Assembly (NCBI GenBank): GCA_035534895.1
Contig: DATLRC010000006.1
Location: forward strand, 11,983 to 75,982
DNA from: Candidatus Dormiibacterota bacterium
GTDB lineage: Bacteria > Patescibacteriota > Saccharimonadia > Saccharimonadales > UBA4665
DNA: 64,000 nt
Direction: 5' to 3'
The stretch's first letter is position 1. Every line of letters starts with the position of its first letter. The position numbers were made by a program, and so were the translations under genes. The notes below the pieces were generated by a model. It saw only the letters and a list, made by a program, of their open reading frames with translations. It was not told the DNA's origin and did not search any database. Of this stretch, positions 44,733 through 52,431 are shown piece by piece.

Positions 44733-45370
44733 TTCGTTGTCTTTCCCAGCCAGCCATCAATAACTGCGAGTGCTGGTTTAACAATTATTATAGTGTCGGC
44801 ATTTAGGGTATCAAAAACGTTAACATATTGGGCTGTCACCAGTTTTAGCGTGGCTATGTTTCGGGCTGCACGTTCTAGCTCAGCCGGCTTATGATCAACA
44901 ACGATTAAGATGTTACGTTGAGCACCGATTTTAGCAAGTAGCTTAACTAGGTCTGCAGTTTTACCACTTTTAATCTCTAGCGAGTCAATTATGTTAACCT
45001 TACCGGCTTCAGCGGCTAAGCTGAGAGCCTGACGAATTGCTTGACGCTTGGACTTCAGGTTTAAATTTTTAGTGTAGTTTTCTATTCCGGTGGGGCCAAA
45101 GACAATACCGCCGCCACGCCATATTGGGTTTCTAGAAGACCCAAATCTAGCCCTACCAGTACCCTTTTGTTTCCAAGGCTTTTTGCCTCCACCTCTGACT
45201 AAACCACGAGTCTTAGTTTGGGCCAGGTTTCGGCGTCCGTTTGCAAGATACGCTTGATAGGCATCTTGAAGCAATTGGTGATTATCGGTTAATTGCCCAA
45301 AAACAGCTTTATTAAGCTTAGTTGTTGTGGGTGCTTTATTACCTGTTTTAGTGAAGCAGGCTATAGTCAT
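44729..45370 (-). CDS. rplD: 50S ribosomal protein uL4
   Basis: KPWKQKGTGRARFGSSRNPIWRGGG is canonical L4. Confidence 0.96.
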   Translation of the reverse strand: MTIACFTKTGNKAPTTTKLNKAVFGQLTDNHQLLQDAYQAYLANGRRNLAQTKTRGLVRGGGKKPWKQKGTGRARFGSSRNPIWRGGGIVFGPTGIENYTKNLNLKSKRQAIRQALSLAAEAGKVNIIDSLEIKSGKTADLVKLLAKIGAQRNILIVVDHKPAELERAARNIATLKLVTAQYVNVFDTLNADTIIIVKPALAVIDGWLGKTTK

Positions 45371-45981
45371 GATTTGACTCCACGCAGTACAACAAGGCTG
45401 CGGCGCGGCCCAGGAACAGCCCCACTAACACCAATAACGTTATGATCGGTATCGACAAGTGAAATCTTGAGGTTACGAACTGTTACCTGAACGTGACCCA
45501 TTTGACCAGCCATTTTCTTACCCTTTAGGATGTGTTGGGGATACATAGATCCGATTGATCCCGGGCGTCGATACGATCGACCACCGTGAGTTTTACGGCC
45601 ACGGTGAAAATTGTGTCGTTTGATCGTTCCAGCCCAGCCTTTACCCTTGCTAATTCCAGTGACATGAACTATGTCGCCGACACTAAAAACGTCGGCTTTT
45701 AGTTTGGAGCCGACGCTTAGTTCTTCTGGTATTTGTGCTAGGCGAAATTCACGAATAATCTTAGGCATAATCTTAACCTGTTTTAGTTGTCCTAAAAGAC
45801 TTTTGGGTAAATTCTTGGTTGTTTCGACACCAATTCGGACAGCCGTATATCCGTGTTGTTCGTCAGTTTTATGATCAATAACCGTATGTTCGCCAACACT
45901 CAATAGGGTAATAGCCTCTGCTACACCGTCAGGATTGATGGTGCTGGTCATGCCAAGTTTTCGGGTTAAGAGTGCTTTCAT
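45367..45981 (-). CDS. rplC: 50S ribosomal protein uL3
   Basis: I set the start at the internal ATG (MKALLTRKLGMTS, the canonical L3 N-terminus). The 32-codon GTG extension in the ORF track has no L3 counterpart. Confidence 0.94.
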   Translation of the reverse strand: MKALLTRKLGMTSTINPDGVAEAITLLSVGEHTVIDHKTDEQHGYTAVRIGVETTKNLPKSLLGQLKQVKIMPKIIREFRLAQIPEELSVGSKLKADVFSVGDIVHVTGISKGKGWAGTIKRHNFHRGRKTHGGRSYRRPGSIGSMYPQHILKGKKMAGQMGHVQVTVRNLKISLVDTDHNVIGVSGAVPGPRRSLVVLRGVKS

Positions 45982-46112
45982 GCCGGCCTTGATTAGTTTG
46001 CAATATCGTAAGTCGTTACATAAAAATGCTTGGTGGCTGGTGGTTTCTACCTCTGTTTTTGTAGACCTACCGAGCACGCCAAGTAGTCGTAACTTATATG
46101 ATACTCAGATAA

Positions 46113-46134
46113 GAGTAACATAGGGTTGTTACTC
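46113..46134 (-). promoter_or_regulatory. Stable hairpin within the unusually long rpsJ-rplC spacer
   Basis: A perfect 8-bp stem (46113-46120 pairs with 46127-46134) with a 6-nt loop. The spacer from the rpsJ stop to the rplC ATG is 238 nt. Confidence 0.35.
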
Positions 46135-46219
46135 CTGTCAATGTGTTGCCGATTCTACAATGTTCTTCGGTCTTTAACTAACCTATAAATCGGTCTAAGC
46201 CTGACCTTATAACTAACAA

Positions 46220-46558
46220 TTACATCTTTATTTCGACGTCACAACCGGCAGGAAGCGATAAGTTCATCAACGAGTCTATAGTCTTAGGTGTCGGCTCAAA
46301 AACATCGATTAAGCGTTTATGAACCCTCATCTCGAATTGTTCACGGCCTTTTTTATAGACATGTGGGCTTTTAATCACTGTGAAGGTACTTCTACGAGTT
46401 GGAAGAGGTATCGGACCAGCCAGTGAAGCACCAGTACGAAGAGCAGTGTCAATAATCTGTTTTGCGGCTTGATCAATTACTCGGTGATCATAGGCTTTTA
46501 AGCGAATTCGGATACGCTGTTTGACGTCATCTGCTGTCTTCTTAATTACTTCTGGCAT
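46220..46558 (-). CDS. rpsJ: 30S ribosomal protein uS10
   Basis: [21 protein letters not shown] is canonical S10. Confidence 0.97.
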   Translation of the reverse strand: MPEVIKKTADDVKQRIRIRLKAYDHRVIDQAAKQIIDTALRTGASLAGPIPLPTRRSTFTVIKSPHVYKKGREQFEMRVHKRLIDVFEPTPKTIDSLMNLSLPAGCDVEIKM

Positions 46559-46599
46559 AGTCCTTTATAACTTTCGTATCATCATTAGTCTAGCATCTA

Positions 46600-46839
46600 T
46601 TAACTACTAAATTGTGGCCTATTTTCGTTATTGGGCGCTTCTTTGGGATCATTTGAAAAAACAACTGTCATTGCATCAATGCGGTCTGTGAAATTCGGTG
46701 AATCAAATGCAGTGTAGACTTCATGATCTTGGTCAACTGTCTCATCAATCTTTGATATCGGGCCCAAGTCGTGGCTACCATGGTCATTGACAGGGCTGAG
46801 CTCTGGATTTTTGGGTCCTGGTTGGTAAATCAATGACAT
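46600..46839 (-). CDS. Hypothetical small acidic protein (79 aa) between tuf and rpsJ
   Basis: The ATG lies 5 nt after the tuf stop, and the ORF fills the gap on the operon strand. No recognisable motif. Confidence 0.55.
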   Translation of the reverse strand: MSLIYQPGPKNPELSPVNDHGSHDLGPISKIDETVDQDHEVYTAFDSPNFTDRIDAMTVVFSNDPKEAPNNENRPQFSS

Positions 46840-46844
46840 CAGTC

Positions 46845-48029
46845 TTATTTCACTATCTTGGTAACAACACCTGCTCCAACGGTTCGGCCGCCTTCACGAA
46901 TTGCAAAACGCAATCCTTGATCCATGGCAATTGGAGCTAACAATTTGACCTTAAAAGTAATTGTGTCGCCTGGCATGACCATTTCTTTATCAGCCGGAAG
47001 TTCGACTTCACCGGTGACGTCAGTCGTTCGGAAATAAAACTGAGGCTTATATCCTTTAAAGAACGGTGTGTGGCGACCGCCCTCTTCCTTAGTTAAGATG
47101 TATACTTCGCTGTCAAATTCAGTATGTGGCGTTATAGTACCTGGTTTTGCTAGTACTTGTCCGCGTTCAATATCGTCGCGTTCAATGCCGCGCAGCAGGA
47201 CACCAACGTTATCACCGGCTTGACCTTGATCAAGATTCTTTTTGAACATTTCAACACCGGTAACTACACTTTTGGTAGTCGGTCGAATACCGACAATTTC
47301 AATTTCTTCATTAACTTTAACAATTCCTGTTTCGACACGTCCGGTAGCTACTGTGCCACGACCCTTGATCGAGAAAACATCTTCAATAGGCATCAGGAAT
47401 GGTTTTTCTAAATCGCGCTTAGGCTCTGGGATGTAATCATCCATGGCTTTAACTAGTTCCATGACAGCATCTTCATTTGTTGCGTCACCTTCAAGGGCCT
47501 TGGTAGCTGAGCCACGAATTATTGGGCAATCACGGTCAAATTCATACTTGGCCAGCAAGTCTCGAATTTCTTCCTCAACTAGATCAACTAGCTCAGGATC
47601 AGCAAGATCCATTTTATTCATGAAAACCAAAATTTTAGGTACACCAACTTGGCGAGCTAGCAAGACATGTTCACGAGTTTGGGGCATCGGACCATCAGCA
47701 GCAGAAACTACTAAAATGGCGCCATCAATCTGGGCTGCTCCGGTAATCATGTTTTTTACATAATCTGCGTGACCAGGCATGTCGACGTGAGCATAGTGCC
47801 GTTTATCAGTTTCGTATTCCTGATGAGAAGTCGCGATGGTGATTCCACGGGCTTTTTCCTCAGGGGCATTATCAATCTGATCATAAGCAACTGGCTTATT
47901 GATGTTGCTAGGTAGTTTTTTTGCAAGAACAGACGTTATAGCAGCTGTTAAGCTGGTTTTACCGTGATCAACGTGTCCCATCGTACCGACGTTAACATGT
48001 GGTTTACTGCGGTCAAAGTTTTCTGCCAT
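46845..48029 (-). CDS. tuf: Elongation factor Tu
   Basis: [22 protein letters not shown] and NKMD GTPase motifs. 394 aa. Confidence 0.98.
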   Translation of the reverse strand: MAENFDRSKPHVNVGTMGHVDHGKTSLTAAITSVLAKKLPSNINKPVAYDQIDNAPEEKARGITIATSHQEYETDKRHYAHVDMPGHADYVKNMITGAAQIDGAILVVSAADGPMPQTREHVLLARQVGVPKILVFMNKMDLADPELVDLVEEEIRDLLAKYEFDRDCPIIRGSATKALEGDATNEDAVMELVKAMDDYIPEPKRDLEKPFLMPIEDVFSIKGRGTVATGRVETGIVKVNEEIEIVGIRPTTKSVVTGVEMFKKNLDQGQAGDNVGVLLRGIERDDIERGQVLAKPGTITPHTEFDSEVYILTKEEGGRHTPFFKGYKPQFYFRTTDVTGEVELPADKEMVMPGDTITFKVKLLAPIAMDQGLRFAIREGGRTVGAGVVTKIVK

Positions 48030-48113
48030 TGGATTAATGACTCCTTATATCTTTTCGGTTAAATAATAGGTTAATGCATACGATTAACACAACTCGAAAC
48101 GAGTAATAGGGTA

Positions 48114-48142
48114 AGTATAGATTAGCTCGTATAAATTGTAAA
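48114..48142 (-). promoter_or_regulatory. Candidate strong promoter of tuf
   Basis: Minus strand reads TTTACA (48137-48142), a 17-nt spacer, then TATACT (48114-48119). An AAGGAG Shine-Dalgarno lies further downstream. Confidence 0.45.
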
Positions 48143-48157
48143 GAGTTTTTAGCTTGC

Positions 48158-48421
48158 TTATGTTGAGCTCTGAGTTTGTATGCCGCGAGAGCGATTAGCC
48201 AACTTAGATGCTCGAGTGACTAGAGCGTTCTCGGCCGCGTTGTAGCTATCATGGACTCTGATTGGGTTGGGACTCTCAGCACTAATCTGATTAAACCACT
48301 GCTTGTTATAGTATCTGATTAGTCCAACAAGTGCCTCATCGGGCAAGCAGCTCAGCTCATTACGAAAATGGCCTGCTTCATCTTGAGGTATGTAGTGCTG
48401 GGTTGTTTCGTGGTTAGGCAT
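48158..48421 (-). CDS. Hypothetical small protein (87 aa) between fusA and tuf
   Basis: The ATG lies 11 nt after the fusA stop, and it is the only ORF filling the gap. No recognisable motif. Confidence 0.5.
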   Translation of the reverse strand: MPNHETTQHYIPQDEAGHFRNELSCLPDEALVGLIRYYNKQWFNQISAESPNPIRVHDSYNAAENALVTRASKLANRSRGIQTQSST

Positions 48422-48432
48422 AGTTATATTGT

Positions 48433-50520
48433 CTACTTGCTATTTTTAGCAATTATTGCCTCTGCTACATTATTAGGTACATCGGCATAATGATCAAGTT
48501 CCATACTTGAACTGGCTCGGCCTTGACTCATGCTTCGCAAGTTAGTTGTGTAGCCAAACATTTCACCTAAAGGCACGAAAGCGGTAATTTCTTTAATGCC
48601 TGGATTAAGGTCCTCCATGCTTTCAATGCGACCACGCTTGGAGTTTAGATCACCTATTACATCACCCATAAATCCTTCGGGTGAGATGACAACCACTTTC
48701 ATAACTGGTTCAAGAAGTACCGGGGAAGCCTTCTTGACACCTGCTTGGAGAGCCATTGAGCCGGCAATCTTAAAGGCCATTTCGCTAGAATCAACATCGT
48801 GGTAGGACCCGTCATAGAGCTCAGCTCTGACATCAACCACAGGATAGCCGGCCAATACTCCGTTAGACATTGCTTCTTCAATGCCACTCTTAACGGCAGG
48901 GATATATTCGCCAGGCACAACGCCACCTTTAATGGCATTTATGAATTCAAAGCCTTTACCGACTTCGTTCTGACTTAATCGGAGCCAGACATCGCCATAT
49001 TGGCCACGGCCGCCGGATTGACGGATGAATTTGCCCTGAACTTCAACTCCATCACGCCGGATCGTTTCACGGTAGGCGACTTGAGGTTGGCCAACATTGG
49101 CTTCGACATTAAATTCTCTCTTCATGCGATCAACAATTATTTCAAGATGTAACTCGCCCATTCCCGAAATTATGGTTTGGCCAGTTTCGTCATCAACACG
49201 AATTCTAAAAGTCGGGTCTTCTTCGGCCAGACGTTGCATGGCTAAGCTCATTTTTTCCTGATCGGCTTTAGTTTTTGGTTCAATGGCTATGCTAACTGGC
49301 GGTTCTGGGAAAGTAATGCTTTCTAGAACAATCGGCGAGCTTGGATCAGACAGAGTATGTCCGGTGGTTGTTCCCTTCAGGCCAACTATTGCCGCAATAT
49401 CTCCGGCACCAACTGAACTGACATCTTCGCGCTTATCGGCTTGCATGCGAACAATTCGACCGACCCGCTCTTTTTGGCCTGTCGAGCTATTTAAAATGTA
49501 ACTACCGGCGTCCAGTTTTCCGGAGTAGACTCTAAAATAGGCTAGTTTGCCGACAAACGGATCAGTAGCTATTTTGAATGCTAAGCTGGCAAAGGGCTGA
49601 GATACATCTGGGTGACGCTCAATCTCATCTCCAGTTTTGGGATGTACGCCCCAGGTTGAACCCCTGTCAAGAGGGCTAGGCAATAGATCGATCACGGCAT
49701 CGAGCACCTTTTCAACTATAACGCCACGTCCGTCACCGCCGCTAACAGCAAAGAATTTACCAGTTAAGACTGCTGTCCTGATAGCTTGATTAATTTCCTC
49801 CGTAGTCAAGCCTTCCTCGCCAACTTCAAGGTATTTCTCGAGCATCGCCTCATCTTCAGCAACTGCGTTTTCAACTAGCAAAGAACGGTATTTAGAGACT
49901 TTATCCATCATCTCGGCCGGGATTTCAGATTCAACTAGTTGATGATCAGTAAACTCTTTATAGCTATAAGCTTTCAAAGTAACCAGGTCGACGATGCCAT
50001 TAATCGACTGTTCAAAACCAATTGGCAAGTGAATCGGAAAAGCCCGTTTACTTAAGCGATGGTGTATTGAGTCTAGGGACTTATAGAAATCCCCGCCGGT
50101 CTGGTTGATCTTATTAATGAAACAGATACGTGGCACACCGTACTTGTCTGCTTGTCGCCAGACAGTTTCAGATTGAGATTCAACGCCCATTTTGCCGTCA
50201 AAGACTACTACTGCCCCATCTAAAACTCTTAAAGACCGCTCCACTTCGACAGTGAAGTCAATGTGTCCCGGAGTATCAATAATATTGATCTGATGATTTT
50301 TCCAATAGCAGGTCACAGCAGCCGAGACAATAGTGATGCCCCGTTCTCTTTCTTGGTCCATCCAGTCAGTTGTTGTTTGTCCTTCATGAACTGCCCCAAT
50401 TTTGTGCTTTAGACCTGTTCGGTAGAGGATACCTTCTGTAGTTGTCGTTTTGCCGGCATCAATGTGAGCAATAATACCGATGTTACGAATTTTTTCCATT
50501 GCTGTTTGCTTATCTGCCAT
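48433..50520 (-). CDS. fusA: Elongation factor G
   Basis: I set the start at the ATG at 50520 ([26 protein letters not shown]), which has AAAGGA 7 nt upstream. The ORF track extends 12 codons further. Confidence 0.97.
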   Translation of the reverse strand: MADKQTAMEKIRNIGIIAHIDAGKTTTTEGILYRTGLKHKIGAVHEGQTTTDWMDQERERGITIVSAAVTCYWKNHQINIIDTPGHIDFTVEVERSLRVLDGAVVVFDGKMGVESQSETVWRQADKYGVPRICFINKINQTGGDFYKSLDSIHHRLSKRAFPIHLPIGFEQSINGIVDLVTLKAYSYKEFTDHQLVESEIPAEMMDKVSKYRSLLVENAVAEDEAMLEKYLEVGEEGLTTEEINQAIRTAVLTGKFFAVSGGDGRGVIVEKVLDAVIDLLPSPLDRGSTWGVHPKTGDEIERHPDVSQPFASLAFKIATDPFVGKLAYFRVYSGKLDAGSYILNSSTGQKERVGRIVRMQADKREDVSSVGAGDIAAIVGLKGTTTGHTLSDPSSPIVLESITFPEPPVSIAIEPKTKADQEKMSLAMQRLAEEDPTFRIRVDDETGQTIISGMGELHLEIIVDRMKREFNVEANVGQPQVAYRETIRRDGVEVQGKFIRQSGGRGQYGDVWLRLSQNEVGKGFEFINAIKGGVVPGEYIPAVKSGIEEAMSNGVLAGYPVVDVRAELYDGSYHDVDSSEMAFKIAGSMALQAGVKKASPVLLEPVMKVVVISPEGFMGDVIGDLNSKRGRIESMEDLNPGIKEITAFVPLGEMFGYTTNLRSMSQGRASSSMELDHYADVPNNVAEAIIAKNSK

Positions 50521-50533
50521 TTTGAATCCTTTA

Positions 50534-50722
50534 TTAGCCTGTTGAGGTGTCGTCATTATATTGGTTTGGGTCTTGAGCCAGTTGATCTATTAGAAAGTCT
50601 AGGTTAAATCGGCGCAGAGGCCCTGATTTCTGGCGCTCTGCTTCAAGTGCATCGTAAGCTGTTAGCTCAACAATTGATTGAGGGCTTATTTGTGTTTCAT
50701 GAGCAGCTCGTTTCGGTTTCAT
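50534..50722 (-). CDS. Hypothetical small acidic protein (62 aa) upstream of fusA
   Basis: The ATG overlaps the stop of the preceding ORF (ATGA). Its 3' end carries the fusA Shine-Dalgarno. Confidence 0.5.
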   Translation of the reverse strand: MKPKRAAHETQISPQSIVELTAYDALEAERQKSGPLRRFNLDFLIDQLAQDPNQYNDDTSTG

Positions 50723-51183
50723 CAGTTCAACCTCGTAGCCGTGTTGACTGTTTCAAAGATAGCTTGAGCGGCGAGTAAATCAAGAAGTTTTAGCTGTTGG
50801 TCTGACAATTGATTGTAGTTTCGCTCACCTTGAGGAAATATTGATGTCACGTCTTTATTAACTCTGGTCATCTGGACCATTGATCGACGACTAGTCTTGG
50901 TCGGTAATAAAACACTACTGTAGGTGCTTCCGTCTTTTCGATCAAAGACCAGTAGCTGTAACAATTGACCGTCAGGTACTCGACTAAAAGGACCGCTGAC
51001 TGATTTCTCGACTTCATAGCCAGCTCTTATGCGAACGTTTTGATTGTTTTCAGTAGGCTCCTCTGGAATATAAACATATCTTTGATTTGGGCCAACCCAA
51101 GTTGGACTATTGCCAATGTCAACCCGAGCAAGTTGTTGTTGGACATCTTCAATCGAACGGACAGGAACTGTGAACAAACCCAT
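50722..51183 (-). CDS. Hypothetical protein (153 aa) downstream of rpsG
   Basis: I chose the ATG at 51183 (MGLFTVPV), 1 nt after the rpsG stop. The longer ORF-track start would overlap rpsG by 101 nt. Confidence 0.6.
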   Translation of the reverse strand: MGLFTVPVRSIEDVQQQLARVDIGNSPTWVGPNQRYVYIPEEPTENNQNVRIRAGYEVEKSVSGPFSRVPDGQLLQLLVFDRKDGSTYSSVLLPTKTSRRSMVQMTRVNKDVTSIFPQGERNYNQLSDQQLKLLDLLAAQAIFETVNTATRLN

Positions 51184-51184
51184 A

Positions 51185-51664
51185 TTAACCTCTTGCAAAG
51201 TGGGCAAAAGCCCGGTTAGCTTCGGCCATTTTGTGGGCGTCTTCACGTTTTTTAACAGCAGTTCCTTGGTTGTTATAGGCATCAATCAGTTCGGTAGCAA
51301 TGCGATCGACCATGCTCATACCCCTTCGAGAACGGGCAGATTGGACAAACCACATGGTGGTCAGGTGATTTTGGCGTTGGCCTCTCACTTCAAAGGGTAT
51401 CTGGTAATTTGCTCCGCCAACACGTCGAGACCGGGTTTCCATGTGAGGTTGAATGTTGTTCATTGCCTTCTCGAAAACTTCAAGGGGGTTCTGGATTTTG
51501 AGCTTATCAGCCGCTTTTTGCATGCCGTTATAAACAAGTTTTTCAGCCAGTTGTTTTTTGCCATTGCGCATAACTCTGTTAATCAGGCGAGAAACTTGAA
51601 CATTCTGATAAAGGCGGTCTGGTTTTATGTCTCGAACTAGTGCTTTTGTGACTTTTCGGGGCAT
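51185..51664 (-). CDS. rpsG: 30S ribosomal protein uS7
   Basis: MPRKVTKALVRDIKPD...NAFAHFARG is canonical S7. Confidence 0.97.
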   Translation of the reverse strand: MPRKVTKALVRDIKPDRLYQNVQVSRLINRVMRNGKKQLAEKLVYNGMQKAADKLKIQNPLEVFEKAMNNIQPHMETRSRRVGGANYQIPFEVRGQRQNHLTTMWFVQSARSRRGMSMVDRIATELIDAYNNQGTAVKKREDAHKMAEANRAFAHFARG

Positions 51665-51894
51665 TAGATCACTCCTTTCAGGATTGGCTCAGGTGGTGGT
51701 AGGCTGAGGCAAGCACTTTGGCCCAAGGCTACGGTTATATCCCATGGACAGCTTGTTTTGTTTGCAGCTTCTGGATCTTCTTGAACGTAAACCTCAAGCC
51801 ACTCCTGGCATTGCTCAGGGGTTAACGGATAACCATTCTGACGGTTGGAGTCGCAATCTTGTCGGCTAGCGCAATAAGAGATACCTTTAGCCAT
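51664..51894 (-). CDS. Hypothetical small acidic protein (76 aa, 5 Cys) between rpsL and rpsG
   Basis: The ATG directly abuts the rpsL TAA, and its own TAA overlaps the rpsG ATG (TAATG). No recognisable motif. Confidence 0.55.
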   Translation of the reverse strand: MAKGISYCASRQDCDSNRQNGYPLTPEQCQEWLEVYVQEDPEAANKTSCPWDITVALGQSACLSLPPPEPILKGVI

Positions 51895-52308
51895 TTACTT
51901 TGTCTCTTTCTTGGTGCCGTATTTAGAACGGCCATTAGTGCGGTTAGTGACACCTTGAAGATCAAGACTACCGCGAACAATATGATAGCGAACGCCTGGC
52001 AGGTCTTTGACTCGACCTCCACGAACAAGAACCACTGCGTGTTCTTGAAGATTATGCCCTTCGCCACCAATATATGCCCAGACTTCATAGCCATTAGTCA
52101 ATCGTACGCGAGCCACTTTACGTAAGGCCGAGTTTGGTTTTTTAGGTGTCTTGGTGGTCACTTTGACGCAAACTCCGCGCTTAAATGGACCGGCCTTTTC
52201 GTAGTTCCTGGTCTTTAGGTTATTAGTTACGCGTTGAAGAGCTGGCGACTTTGTTTTGGTCGTCTGCTTGACTCTGGGCTTACGGATTAATTGGTTAATA
52301 GTTGGCAT
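51895..52308 (-). CDS. rpsL: 30S ribosomal protein uS12
   Basis: [12 protein letters not shown]...[16 protein letters not shown] is canonical S12. GAAGGAG Shine-Dalgarno. Confidence 0.98.
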   Translation of the reverse strand: MPTINQLIRKPRVKQTTKTKSPALQRVTNNLKTRNYEKAGPFKRGVCVKVTTKTPKKPNSALRKVARVRLTNGYEVWAYIGGEGHNLQEHAVVLVRGGRVKDLPGVRYHIVRGSLDLQGVTNRTNGRSKYGTKKETK

Positions 52309-52431
52309 TCATGCTCCTTCAATATTTAACGTGTCTGCTGCTGCATGGGAGGTTCAAGTAGTGCCAACTCGCTTGATCCTTGATTCCCTGGCTCGGACTG
52401 CTTAAAATTTAACTTAATTACTTTAACACCT

